A DNA stretch of 64,000 nt, taken from Vicinamibacterales bacterium. Its GTDB lineage: Bacteria; Acidobacteriota; Vicinamibacteria; Vicinamibacterales; SCN-69-37. The notes beneath the pieces were generated by a model. It was not told the origin of the DNA and did no database searches. It saw only the letters and a program-made list of their open reading frames with translations. Positions 18,696-28,207 of the stretch are shown here, one piece after another (the stretch's first letter is position 1; every line of letters starts with the position of its first letter). The DNA lies in contig JBDSZL010000087.1 of NCBI GenBank assembly GCA_039925145.1, forward strand, positions 50,222 to 114,221, in the 5' to 3' direction. The position numbers were made by a program, and so were the translations under genes.

Positions 18696-18733
18696 TTCGC
18701 GCAGATCGCTCGCTTGAGGCACAATCGTCAGCG

Positions 18734-19867
18734 GTGCTGTCCCCCCGGCTGGTTCTAAAAACGGTTGCTGCGCTGCTGCTGATTGGAGCCGTTTTCTACG
18801 GTGTGCGTCTCAGGCGAGACTTCTGGGACTTCGAGGTCTACCGCACCGCCGGCATCCGAGCCCTCGCTGCCGAGCCACTCTATCGAGCCGACGACGGACA
18901 CTATCAGTTCAAGTACTGGCCGGCCTTCGCGCTCGCGATGTCGCCGTTTGGTTTCTTACCCGACCGGACGGCCAAATTCGTCTGGTTCACCCTGTCGATC
19001 TTTCTACTCGGCATATTCATCAGAAAGTCGGTCAGGTCACTTCCCGATCGGCGACTGTCTGAAGGGTGGCTGATCGGCTGGATCCTGCTGGTCACGGCCA
19101 AGTTCATCGTCAAAGAGCTCGTGAACGGTCAGACCAACGTCCTGGTGGGACTACTGGTCCTCCTTGCCGCCCTCGCCATGGACCGCGCACGTCCACGCCT
19201 CGCGGGGGTATTGATTGCCCTGGCGACCTTCATCAAGCCCTATGCCCTGCTGCTCGTGCCGTGGCTCCTGGTCACGGGCGGAAGTGCGGCGCTCGTGACT
19301 GCGACGGTTGGCCTGGCCACCGGTCTGCTGTTCCCGGCCGTGCTGTACGGCTGGACCGGCAATCTCGCCCAGCTCGGCGCCTGGTATACGACGGTCACAG
19401 ATTCAACAGGGCCCAACCTGCTGACGCTTGAGAACATCTCCTTTGCGACGATGTGGGCCAAGTGGCTGGGAGACGGCAGGGCGGCTTGGGCGTTCGCCGC
19501 AGGGAGTGCGGTCGCCAGCCTGCTCCTGGCCGCGATTGTCTGGAAACAGCGGGCGGCGGTTGCGCAGCCGGCGTACCTCGAAGCGAGCATCCTCTTGCTG
19601 TTGATGCCTCTAATCTCGCCGCAGGGGTGGGATTATGTTCTCCTGCTCGCCACGCCTGGGTTTGTGTGCCTGATCGACCGGTTCAGAGATCGCGCATCGG
19701 GATGGCAGGTAATTACCGTCGTGGGGTTCGTGTTGACCAGCCTTACCGTCTTCGACGTCGTCGGCCGAAGTATGTATGGCCACCTCATGGCTGCATCGGC
19801 GGTGTCGGTGGGGGCGCTGCTGCTCATGGCGAGCCTCGCGCATCTGCGTTTTCGGGCACTCGCCTGA
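18734..19867 (+). CDS. Glycosyltransferase family 87 (DUF2029) membrane protein
   Basis: DFEVY, FKYWPAFAL, GQTN, FIKPY, SPQGWDY. Confidence 0.82.
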   Translation: MLSPRLVLKTVAALLLIGAVFYGVRLRRDFWDFEVYRTAGIRALAAEPLYRADDGHYQFKYWPAFALAMSPFGFLPDRTAKFVWFTLSIFLLGIFIRKSVRSLPDRRLSEGWLIGWILLVTAKFIVKELVNGQTNVLVGLLVLLAALAMDRARPRLAGVLIALATFIKPYALLLVPWLLVTGGSAALVTATVGLATGLLFPAVLYGWTGNLAQLGAWYTTVTDSTGPNLLTLENISFATMWAKWLGDGRAAWAFAAGSAVASLLLAAIVWKQRAAVAQPAYLEASILLLLMPLISPQGWDYVLLLATPGFVCLIDRFRDRASGWQVITVVGFVLTSLTVFDVVGRSMYGHLMAASAVSVGALLLMASLAHLRFRALA

Positions 19868-19906
19868 TGACGCACAGCCCCGCGATCGGTCAGAATCCTG
19901 CTAACC

Positions 19907-21040
19907 GTGCCCTCCCAACTGCGGCCATTCGTCTGGCCACTGCTGTTTCTCCTGCTCGCCGGCCTCGTCTATCGCGCCAAAGTCCAGCGCGAGATGGTCG
20001 ACTTCGACGTATATCGGACCGCCGCACGAAGAGCCGTCTCGGCCGAGCCGCTCTACCGCACTGAGGACGGGCACTACCAGTTCAAGTATCTCCCCGCGTT
20101 TGCACTCGTGATGGCCCCTTTTGGCCTGATGGATCGGGAGGCCGCCAAGGCCATCTGGTTCGCCTTGTCGGCGGGCCTGCTCACAGCCCTGGTGCGCTGG
20201 TCGGTGCGCGCGCTCCCCGAACGACGACGGCCCGAGCCCGTGCTCCTGTGGATCACGGCATTGCTGATGCTGAAGTTTTACGCGCATGAACTGACGCTGG
20301 GCCAGACGAACATCCTGTTCGGCATCGTGATCCTCGGGGGCCTGCTTGCCGCCCAGATCGACCAGCCGCACGTGGCCGGCGCGCTGATCGGCGCGGCCGT
20401 CTTCATCAAGCCATATGCCCTGCTGCTCTTGCCGTGGATCGCATTTGCCTCGGGTGTGTCGGCTGCGGCCACCAGCTTCGTTGTGGTTGTCGCAGGTCTG
20501 GTGCTGCCCGCCTTCCTGTATGGCTGGACTGGCAATGTGCAGCTTCTGGTCGCCTGGTTCGACACAGTCAGAGCCACCACTAGTGGCAATCTAATCGGCG
20601 TCGACAACGTCTCACTGGCATCGATGTGGGTCAAGTGGGTCGGCATCGGCGCGCCCGCCAGTGCGCTCGCCACGATTACGACCGGCGCGGTGCTGGGTCT
20701 GGTGGCCACCGTGTGGGTTCGCAGACAGAACGTCTCGAGCCCTGAGTATCTGGAGTGCGCGCTGCTGATGCTCCTGGTGCCGTTGCTCTCACCTCAGGGG
20801 TGGGACTACGTGCTCCTGCTCGGTACACCGGCGGTCGCGTTGCTCGTCGACCGCTGGCGCGACGTCGGGCGGCCCTGGAGAGTGACAACGGGCCTGTGCC
20901 TGGGCCTGATGGGTCTCACCGTGTTCGATCTCATGGGCCGCGCGCTCTACGGGCAGTTCATGGCGTGGGCCATTGTGACGCTCGCTGCCCTTGGCACCGC
21001 CGTCGCGCTCGCGCACCTGCGCTGGCGTTCGCTCGCGTGA
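19907..21040 (+). CDS. Glycosyltransferase family 87 (DUF2029) membrane protein, tandem paralog
   Basis: DFDVY, FKYLPAFAL, GQTN, FIKPY, SPQGWDY; colinear with the upstream gene, both 377 aa. Confidence 0.82.
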   Translation: MPSQLRPFVWPLLFLLLAGLVYRAKVQREMVDFDVYRTAARRAVSAEPLYRTEDGHYQFKYLPAFALVMAPFGLMDREAAKAIWFALSAGLLTALVRWSVRALPERRRPEPVLLWITALLMLKFYAHELTLGQTNILFGIVILGGLLAAQIDQPHVAGALIGAAVFIKPYALLLLPWIAFASGVSAAATSFVVVVAGLVLPAFLYGWTGNVQLLVAWFDTVRATTSGNLIGVDNVSLASMWVKWVGIGAPASALATITTGAVLGLVATVWVRRQNVSSPEYLECALLMLLVPLLSPQGWDYVLLLGTPAVALLVDRWRDVGRPWRVTTGLCLGLMGLTVFDLMGRALYGQFMAWAIVTLAALGTAVALAHLRWRSLA

Positions 21041-21058
21041 GGCCTTACCGGCGCGACG

Positions 21059-22102
21059 TCATTCCTCGATTGGAACCGCGGCCGGTGATTGCGCCCAGCG
21101 CGTCAGCAGCACGCCCGCCAGCACCGCGGCGGCGCCGACGAGCTTCTTCATCGTGAGCGGCTCGCCCAGCCAGATGGCGGCGATGCCCATCGCGACGAGT
21201 GGCACCACATTCGAGTAAATCGACGTGCGCGCGGCGCCGAGCCGCTGCACCGCCGCGTACCAGACGATGTACGACACGTTCACGGGAAACACGGCGGCGA
21301 ACACGAGCAGGCCCCAGAGGACCGGATTGACGAGCCGCCACTGCACGTGCATGAGACTCGGGATCGCGAGCAACACGTACAGCGCGGTGCCAATCGCAAC
21401 GGTCATGCCGGTGACGTACAGGGGCGAGTGGCGAGCCATCAGACGCGCGCAGCCCAGTGTGTAGATCGCCCAGCACACCACGCCCAATCCCATCAGGAGG
21501 TCGCCTTTGGCGCTCGCCCCCGGGCTCGGTGCACCGTAACCGACCACGAGATAGATTCCCGCCAACGAGACGGCAATCGCACACCAGTGTGGCGCCCTGA
21601 TCCGCTCGTGGCCGAGCCAGGCAGATGCCGTCGTCACCGCGATCGGCGTTGCGCCGATAATCAGCGCGCCATTCGATGCACTGGTCAGGGTCAGCGCACC
21701 CGCCCAGCAGAGTTGATACCCACAGTGGCCGACCACTCCGAGCCAGACCAGATCGAACCAGTCGCGGCGCGTGACCCGGTCTTCCGTGTAGAACGTGCGG
21801 TCGAAGGGCTGCGACGCACGGCGCGCCCGCCTGCCTGTGAGCACAATGCCAGCGACGAACACAACGGAGGCCATCGTGAAGCGCAGGGCGTTGAATGCCA
21901 TGGGCGGCACCTGCTGAAAGGCGAATTTCATCAGGCTGTAGTTGGCGCCCCAGACCAGGACCATGAAGACGAGCAACACGTCGAGGATGGTGATCGGTCC
22001 GGAGCGGCGCGGCGGTGCGGTCACGCATTCATCCTTTGACGGCTGTGCAGCAGGGCCGGCGCGAGCCGCTGGTGAGGCAGAAGCGGTCGGGAGGGACGTC
22101 AT
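21059..22102 (-). CDS. DMT/EamA family transporter
   Basis: WGANY, ALRF, LGHE, GDLL, LGAARTSIYSN, LGEPLT; two EamA repeats; start approximate. Confidence 0.88.
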   Translation of the reverse strand: MTSLPTASASPAARAGPAAQPSKDECVTAPPRRSGPITILDVLLVFMVLVWGANYSLMKFAFQQVPPMAFNALRFTMASVVFVAGIVLTGRRARRASQPFDRTFYTEDRVTRRDWFDLVWLGVVGHCGYQLCWAGALTLTSASNGALIIGATPIAVTTASAWLGHERIRAPHWCAIAVSLAGIYLVVGYGAPSPGASAKGDLLMGLGVVCWAIYTLGCARLMARHSPLYVTGMTVAIGTALYVLLAIPSLMHVQWRLVNPVLWGLLVFAAVFPVNVSYIVWYAAVQRLGAARTSIYSNVVPLVAMGIAAIWLGEPLTMKKLVGAAAVLAGVLLTRWAQSPAAVPIEE

Positions 22103-22306
22103 CGTCGTGCCCCTAGATGGTACTTCGAGGCGGATATTCAGGGCTCGCAACAGGCCACCGCAGCGGGGCAGCGGAGCCAGCATCGAAGTTGGTGAAATAT
22201 TTCACAAGCAGGTATACTGATGGGCGCTCCGAGGTGAGCGAGCCGGCTCCGAATGACCTCGCGGTTTCTGGGGCCGGGTCGTCGCTGTTTGCTGGAAACT
22301 GTCAGC

Positions 22307-22555
22307 ATGATGAACAGACGGAACCGTGAGTCGCCGCTGGCACGATCGGCCCGTTCCTTTCAAGAGAACGTGAGCCGATCGGGCGCCGTCGCGGGCGCCA
22401 GTTATGCGTTGATCGGCGCCATTATTCTCCTGGGCGGGATTGGGTACGGGCTGGACGCGTGGCTCGGCATCAGACCATGGGGCCTGGTCGGCGGGCTGGT
22501 GCTTGGCATCGTGGTGGGCTTCTACGAGTTGGCAAAGACGGTCTGGCCCAGATGA
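22307..22555 (+). CDS. AtpZ/ATPase gene 1 family protein
   Basis: GGIGYGLDAWLGIRPW...GIVVGFYEL pattern; first gene of the Fo cluster. Confidence 0.8.
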   Translation: MMNRRNRESPLARSARSFQENVSRSGAVAGASYALIGAIILLGGIGYGLDAWLGIRPWGLVGGLVLGIVVGFYELAKTVWPR

Positions 22556-22947
22556 CCCAGCTTTGGGGCCCGGTCTGGTGGATGGCCGGTCCGAGTGTCG
22601 TCGTGTGGCTCGTGACGACCCTGGCCACGCACGGCCGCCTGCACCCGGAACTGCTCTTGGGGATGGCTGCACCGCTCCTGGTGGCGATCACGAGCTGGGC
22701 CGTGATGCGCGTGACGTTCGGTCTCGGTCCTGAGCGGTTGATGGGCGCGATCGTTCAACTGTTTGCCGCGAAGATGGTGCTGTTTGGTGCGTATGTGACG
22801 ATCATGCTCCGGATGTTCCACCTGAGACCGGTTCCGTTCATCGTCAGTTTCGCAGCCTATTTCATTGCGCTGTACGCGATGGAGGCGGTCTTTCTCAGGC
22901 GCCTGTTGATGCACGGTTCGACTCCACCTCCGACGCAGGCGCACTAA
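22552..22947 (+). CDS. ATP synthase I-like membrane protein
   Basis: Four hydrophobic segments, FAAKMV; ATGA coupling; directly upstream of atpB. Confidence 0.65.
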   Translation: MTQLWGPVWWMAGPSVVVWLVTTLATHGRLHPELLLGMAAPLLVAITSWAVMRVTFGLGPERLMGAIVQLFAAKMVLFGAYVTIMLRMFHLRPVPFIVSFAAYFIALYAMEAVFLRRLLMHGSTPPPTQAH

Positions 22948-22954
22948 CGACACG

Positions 22955-23887
22955 ATGGCTCAATTACCCGCTGCCGAAGAGACCGCCGAGCACGGCGCCG
23001 AGGGCGCCTACAACGCCGGCAAGGTCATCATCGAGCATGTCTCGAACAGCAGTCTCGATCATCCGCTGGTTCATCTGCCGAAGATCTTGGGCATCGACTT
23101 CTCGGTGACCAAGCACGTGCTGATGCTCTGGCTGGTGGCCTCGGTGCTGTTCGTCGTGGTGACGGCGGTCGTGCGCCGATACATCCGCCAGGACCGCATG
23201 GTGCCCTCGGGGCTCATGAACGCGCTCGAGTTCGTCGTGGAATACGTGCGCGACACGATCGTGCAGCCGAATGTCGGCGCCAAGTGGGTGCGCACATACA
23301 CGCCCTTTCTCCTGACGCTCTTCCTCTTCATCTTCGCCGCGAACATCGTCGGCCTCATTCCGATTTTCGACACGCTGGCGCTCGTCAATCACACGGTGCT
23401 CCACCTGCCGGAGGACGCGTTTCTGTCCCGGGTGACGCATGGCGGCGTCACCGCCACGGGCAATTTCAACGTGACGGCCGCACTGGCCACGATTTCCTTC
23501 GTCATGATCATCGTGGCCGGCGCGCGCGCCCACGGTTTCGTGAAGCACTGGAAGAACATGGTGCCGCACGGACTGCCGCTGCCCGTCACAATCATGCTCA
23601 TCCCGATCGAGATCATGGGCATGTTCGTGCGTCCATTTGCGCTCACGATGCGTCTCGCGGCCAACATGGCGGGTGGCCACATCGCCATCCTGGCGATCCT
23701 GTCGTTCGTGTTCATCTTCACGAACCTGTTTGGCGCAGCCGTCGGCATGGGCGTGGGCGCCGTCTCGACGGTGCTGCTGGCCGTGCCCATTTCGGGCCTC
23801 GAGATCATCGTAGTGCTCGTGCAGGCATACGTTTTTACACTGTTGACGGCTGTGTTCATTGGCATGGCCATTCACGCTCATCACTGA
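22955..23887 (+). CDS. atpB: F0F1 ATP synthase subunit a
   Basis: TKHV, TATGNFNVT, RPFALTMRLAANMAGGH (essential Arg), QAYVFTLLT. Confidence 0.95.
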   Translation: MAQLPAAEETAEHGAEGAYNAGKVIIEHVSNSSLDHPLVHLPKILGIDFSVTKHVLMLWLVASVLFVVVTAVVRRYIRQDRMVPSGLMNALEFVVEYVRDTIVQPNVGAKWVRTYTPFLLTLFLFIFAANIVGLIPIFDTLALVNHTVLHLPEDAFLSRVTHGGVTATGNFNVTAALATISFVMIIVAGARAHGFVKHWKNMVPHGLPLPVTIMLIPIEIMGMFVRPFALTMRLAANMAGGHIAILAILSFVFIFTNLFGAAVGMGVGAVSTVLLAVPISGLEIIVVLVQAYVFTLLTAVFIGMAIHAHH

Positions 23888-23905
23888 GCGACGGAGGAAC
23901 GAAGG

Positions 23906-24136
23906 ATGGAAGGGTTTGCACTTGCGTACATGGGCGTCGCGATCGGACTGGGCTTGGTCGTCATCGGCGCTGGCCTTGGTATCGGCAAGCTCGCGGCAGG
24001 AGCGGCCGACGCGATCGGCCGGCAGCCGGCTGCCGCGGCGCAAATCACTGGAGCCGTGAACCTCCCGCTGTTCCTGCTCGAAGGCGTCGCGATTCTCGCC
24101 GAGGTCTTCGCACTGCTCGTTCTGCTGCTGAAGTAA
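23906..24136 (+). CDS. atpE: F0F1 ATP synthase subunit c
   Basis: GAGLGIG, RQP loop, LLEG carboxylate; GGAGG SD. Confidence 0.95.
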   Translation: MEGFALAYMGVAIGLGLVVIGAGLGIGKLAAGAADAIGRQPAAAAQITGAVNLPLFLLEGVAILAEVFALLVLLLK

Positions 24137-24190
24137 CACGGCCCGGGTGCAGCACCGGGCTGCGCCCCCGCACGCGCGAAAGGACATGCG

Positions 24191-24700
24191 ATGAATAATC
24201 CGCTCGTCCAGCCCGATCCAGGTCTCTATATCTGGACCATCGCCACCTTTCTCATCCTGGTGGTGCTGCTGGCGAAGTTCGCCTGGAAGCCGCTGCTGGC
24301 CGCGCTCGAAGAGCGCCAGGCCGGCATCAGGTCGGCGCTGGCAGAAGCGCAGCTGGCGCGCGAGGAAATCCAGCGTGTCCGTGTTGAAGCGGAACGTCTG
24401 CTGACCGAGGCTCGGGTCGAGGGCGGGCAAATCATCGCTCGAACGCGCGAAGACGCCGAGCGCCTGCGCGCCGAGCTCAAGCAGAAGGCCCAGGCCGACG
24501 CCGCCGCTGTCATCGCCAACGCCGAGAAGCAGATTCAGCTCGAGACGACCAGAGCGCTGGAGCAGGTCCGCCGCGAGGCGGTCGAGCTCTCGGTCGCCAT
24601 CGCCTCGAAGCTACTGCAGCGCAACGTCTCGGTCGAAGACAACGCGCGCCTGATTCAAGACGCCGTTGCCGACATCAGCAACGCCCCGCGTTTGAACTGA
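24191..24700 (+). CDS. atpF: F0F1 ATP synthase subunit b
   Basis: PDPGLYIWTIATFLIL..LAKFAWKP...ERQ..I followed by a coiled coil. Confidence 0.93.
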   Translation: MNNPLVQPDPGLYIWTIATFLILVVLLAKFAWKPLLAALEERQAGIRSALAEAQLAREEIQRVRVEAERLLTEARVEGGQIIARTREDAERLRAELKQKAQADAAAVIANAEKQIQLETTRALEQVRREAVELSVAIASKLLQRNVSVEDNARLIQDAVADISNAPRLN

Positions 24701-24819
24701 CGACCGCCCACTCAGGCCATCGGCTGGGGCGCCAGGCTCTGCGGCGGCCCCCGCGGCGGGCGTGTCAGCGTTTCCTCATCCACGCCGCCTCTGACTCGAT
24801 ATACTCGGCAGAGGCGCTC

Positions 24820-25740
24820 ATGATCCGGACTCCCCGTCTTCGCGTCGCCGTCCTGCTCCTCACGATCGGAGCGACCTCGGTGTTCGCATTGCTCCAGGCC
24901 AGCCCGCGCCGCGAGCCGCAGCGTGAGACCCGCCAGCGCCATCTGGTCGTGGGCGTTCTTGGCAAAAACGATATTCCCACCCCCAGTTTGACCGCGAAGG
25001 ATTTCGTAATCCGTGAAGACGGCATCGCACGGGAAGTGGTGAGTGTCTCGTCTGCCGCAGCCCCGACGCATCTCGTGCTCCTCGTCGATGACTCGGAGGC
25101 CATGCAGTCGCTGACCATCGAGCTGCGCGCCGGGCTCGAGGGTTTTCTTGAACGCATCCGCAGCGGTGGACAGGCGCCCGCGGTGCGGCTCGCCACCTTT
25201 GGCGAGCGGCCGAACACGCAAGTCGAATTCACGACGACGCCCGCGGCGATTACGGCGGGCGTCGAGCGCATCGCGCCACGGGTCGGCTCCGGGAGCATGC
25301 TGCTCGAGGCGCTGATCGAGACGTGCCGGGATCTGCGAACGAGGCATGCGGAACGGCCGGTCATCGTCGCCTTCGTCAACGAACAGGGTCCAGAGCTGAG
25401 CTCTGATACGCATACCGAGGTCATCAACGCCGTCAAGAGCGCGGGCGCCTCACTCTGGACCGTCGTGTTGCAGGACCAGGGAGGGCAGGGGACGTCAGAC
25501 CCGGCGCATGAACGTGCGCAGGTGCTGGCCGAAGCCACAGCGCAAAGCGGCGGGTTCAACAAGACGATTCTCTCGCGCCAGGGCCTGCCCCCGGCGTTTC
25601 AGACGGTTGCGACGGCCCTGTCATCGCGCTACGAGCTCACCTACGTTCGACCAGACTCGCTGATTCCACCGACACGGCTCGACGTGCAGGTGCGCGACCG
25701 TTCGCTTCGCGTGCTCGCCTCTAAATGGATCGGCCAGTGA
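24820..25740 (+). CDS. Exported VWA-like domain protein with degenerate MIDAS
   Basis: Signal-like N-terminus, DFVIREDG, LLVDDSEAM, SGG, YELTY. Confidence 0.7.
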   Translation: MIRTPRLRVAVLLLTIGATSVFALLQASPRREPQRETRQRHLVVGVLGKNDIPTPSLTAKDFVIREDGIAREVVSVSSAAAPTHLVLLVDDSEAMQSLTIELRAGLEGFLERIRSGGQAPAVRLATFGERPNTQVEFTTTPAAITAGVERIAPRVGSGSMLLEALIETCRDLRTRHAERPVIVAFVNEQGPELSSDTHTEVINAVKSAGASLWTVVLQDQGGQGTSDPAHERAQVLAEATAQSGGFNKTILSRQGLPPAFQTVATALSSRYELTYVRPDSLIPPTRLDVQVRDRSLRVLASKWIGQ

Positions 25741-26654
25741 TTGGCCGGGCCTTTTCGACAGTCGCGGTCGCGGCGGTCATGGCCGCGTCACTCACGGCTG
25801 CGCAGGTCTTTCGCGCGGGCACAGACCTCGTCCTCTTGAGCGTCACGGTCACCGACGCGAAGAACCACTCGGTGGCGACGCTCAACCGTGAAGACTTTCA
25901 GGTACTCGAGGACGGCGTCGGCCAAGAGGTGACGGTCTTCTCGCGTGAGGCACAGCCCATCTCGCTGTCGCTGCTGCTCGACACCAGCACCAGCATGGAG
26001 TCGAAGCTGGGGATGGCGCAGGAGGCGGCCATCGGGTTCTGTCGTCGGCTCGGTCCGAGGGACGTCGCGCAGATCATCACCTTTGCCAGCGAGACGCAGA
26101 TCCGCCAGCCGTTCACCCACGACAGCGGGGCGCTCGAGACGGCGATTCGGCAGATTCACGCCGGCGGATCCACGTCTCTCTACACGGCCCTCTATATCGC
26201 GCTCAACGAGCTCAACCGCGCCCGCCGCGCGCAGGCGCCCGACGAAATCCGGCGCCAGGCCATTGTCGTGCTGTCAGATGGCGAGAACACGTCCGGTCTG
26301 CTCGGTTACGAAGACGTGCTCGATCTGGCCCGGCGATCGAACGTGGCCGTGTACGCGATCGGATTGCGATCGGCCGAAGACAGAGCGTCCCACAGTTTCA
26401 ACGAAGCCGACTTCGTGCTCCGTAGTCTGGCCCAGACGAGTGGCGCGCGACTGTTCCTGGTGGATCAGCCCGCGCAGTTGCCCGCCATCTACACGCAGAT
26501 TGCCGACGAGCTCGCCAACCAGTACACCGTCGGGTACATCTCGAAGAACGCCAAACGTGATGGCGCCTGGCGCCAGATCACGGTCAGAGTGCGTCAGGCT
26601 GGCGTGACTGCGCGCACTAAATCCGGATATTTCGCCCCAGCCAAGGACAAGTGA
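25737..26654 (+). CDS. VWA domain protein (VWFA-related Acidobacterial type)
   Basis: FRAGTDLV, DFQVLEDG, LLLDTSTSM MIDAS, LSDGENT, QYTVGY, DGAWR, KSGYFAP. Confidence 0.88.
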   Translation: MIGRAFSTVAVAAVMAASLTAAQVFRAGTDLVLLSVTVTDAKNHSVATLNREDFQVLEDGVGQEVTVFSREAQPISLSLLLDTSTSMESKLGMAQEAAIGFCRRLGPRDVAQIITFASETQIRQPFTHDSGALETAIRQIHAGGSTSLYTALYIALNELNRARRAQAPDEIRRQAIVVLSDGENTSGLLGYEDVLDLARRSNVAVYAIGLRSAEDRASHSFNEADFVLRSLAQTSGARLFLVDQPAQLPAIYTQIADELANQYTVGYISKNAKRDGAWRQITVRVRQAGVTARTKSGYFAPAKDK

Positions 26655-28198
26655 CCCCTCCCACAGGACGTGTGTTCATCATTGGCGCAGGCCCGGGCGA
26701 TCCGGGCCTGATGACCGTTCGCGGCGTGCGGCTGCTTGCCGAGGCGACCGTGGTCGTCTACGACCGCAACACCGAGCGGGTGCTCCGCTGGGCCCGACCC
26801 GATGCCGAGATGATCGAAGCCGGGGCGCCGGCCGAGCGTGACACGGCACAGGACGCCCTCTCCATGCTTGTCGCCGAGAAGGCCCGCGATGGCCATATCG
26901 TCGCGCGAGTGAAATGGGGCGACCCCTTCGTGTTCGACAGCGGGGCCAAGGAAGCGCTGTTTCTCCACGAGCAGGGTGTCCCCTTCGAAGTGGTGCCAGG
27001 GATACCGGCAGCCATGGGCATGAGCGCCTACGCCGGCGTCCCGCTCACGTATCCGGGCGCCGGGGACGCACTGGTACTGGTGCGCGGCCAGGAGGACGAA
27101 AGCGGCCGCCTCGCCGAGCTCGATTGGCAGGCGCTCGCGCGTGTCGACGGCACGCTGGCCTGCTTTGCCGGCGCGCGCATGGTACCGGCTATTTTGCAGC
27201 GGCTGCTCGACCATGGAGCGGCACCGGACACGCCCGGGGCGCTCATCTACCACGGCACGACCCCCACACAACGCACAGTCACGGGTACGCTTCGTGAGTT
27301 GCTCGATCACACGGCAGCCGCCATCGATCCCAACGCGGCGCTGCTGATTCTCGGTGCGGTGACCGGTTTGCGCAATCACCTGCGCTGGTTCGACGAACGC
27401 CCTCTCTTCGGACGACGAATCGTGGTGACGCGATCGCCGGAGCAGGCTGACGACCTGGTGGACAGACTCGAGTCGCTGGGAGCGCAGGCCATCTCGGCGC
27501 CAACGTTCCGGATGGCGTCGGCCGACGATCCGGAGGCGGTCGACAGAGCGGCCGCTTCGGTGGATGACTTTCAGTGGGTCGTGTTCGAAGCGGCCAGTGC
27601 CGTGACCCGGTTCCTCGGAGCGCTCTCCCGGGGCCCGCGCGATATCCGCGCCTTCGGCGCGGTACGAGTCTGCGCAATCGGACCGTCCACTGCAGACCGG
27701 CTCATCGCCGCCGGGATCAAGCCTGACGTGGTCGTCGCCGAGGTTGGCGCGGAGAGCATCGGCGATGCCATCGCCGACCGAGCGCCCGTGGCGGGTCAGC
27801 GCGTCCTGATCGTTCGCCCCGATCACGTGAGGGCGACGATCGGCGACGACCTGGAGCGACGTGGCGCGCACGTCGTAGACCTGGTGGCGTATCGCACCGC
27901 GGCGGCGTCGCCCGATTCGCCCGCGGCGCAACACATCTACCGCCTGCTCCTCGAAAATCGCGTCGATGCAGTCACGTTCACCAGCCCCACGGCGGTCCGA
28001 CGTTTCGCAGGATTGATTGGAGAGGAGCAGGCCGCCGACCTGCTGAACACCACGATCGTGGCGGCTATCGGCCCGGTCACGGCGGCCGCGGCCCGCGCGC
28101 TCGGCGTCCGCGATCCTCTGGTGCCCGACGCGTATTCGGTGGAAGGACTGGTGCGGCTGCTGACCGAGCAGTTCAGGAGCTCGCAGCTGCCCGTCTGA
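26651..28198 (+). CDS. Fused uroporphyrinogen-III C-methyltransferase / uroporphyrinogen-III synthase (CobA-HemD)
   Basis: GAGPGDPGL, GDPFVF, EVVPGI, RPLFGRRIVVTR, AIGPST, VAYRT, FTSPTAV. Confidence 0.9.
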   Translation: MTPPTGRVFIIGAGPGDPGLMTVRGVRLLAEATVVVYDRNTERVLRWARPDAEMIEAGAPAERDTAQDALSMLVAEKARDGHIVARVKWGDPFVFDSGAKEALFLHEQGVPFEVVPGIPAAMGMSAYAGVPLTYPGAGDALVLVRGQEDESGRLAELDWQALARVDGTLACFAGARMVPAILQRLLDHGAAPDTPGALIYHGTTPTQRTVTGTLRELLDHTAAAIDPNAALLILGAVTGLRNHLRWFDERPLFGRRIVVTRSPEQADDLVDRLESLGAQAISAPTFRMASADDPEAVDRAAASVDDFQWVVFEAASAVTRFLGALSRGPRDIRAFGAVRVCAIGPSTADRLIAAGIKPDVVVAEVGAESIGDAIADRAPVAGQRVLIVRPDHVRATIGDDLERRGAHVVDLVAYRTAAASPDSPAAQHIYRLLLENRVDAVTFTSPTAVRRFAGLIGEEQAADLLNTTIVAAIGPVTAAAARALGVRDPLVPDAYSVEGLVRLLTEQFRSSQLPV

Positions 28199-28207
28199 CG
28201 TCCGCCT

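Noticed and set aside
24141-24160. GC hairpin between atpE and atpF
   Set aside because: Short, no U-tract; could affect stoichiometry but is indistinguishable from GC background
22307-24700. N-ATPase (Na+-exporting) operon
   Set aside because: No atpD/atpC upstream or atpA/atpG downstream, and the c subunit lacks the N-helix Glu and the ES/T Na+ signature
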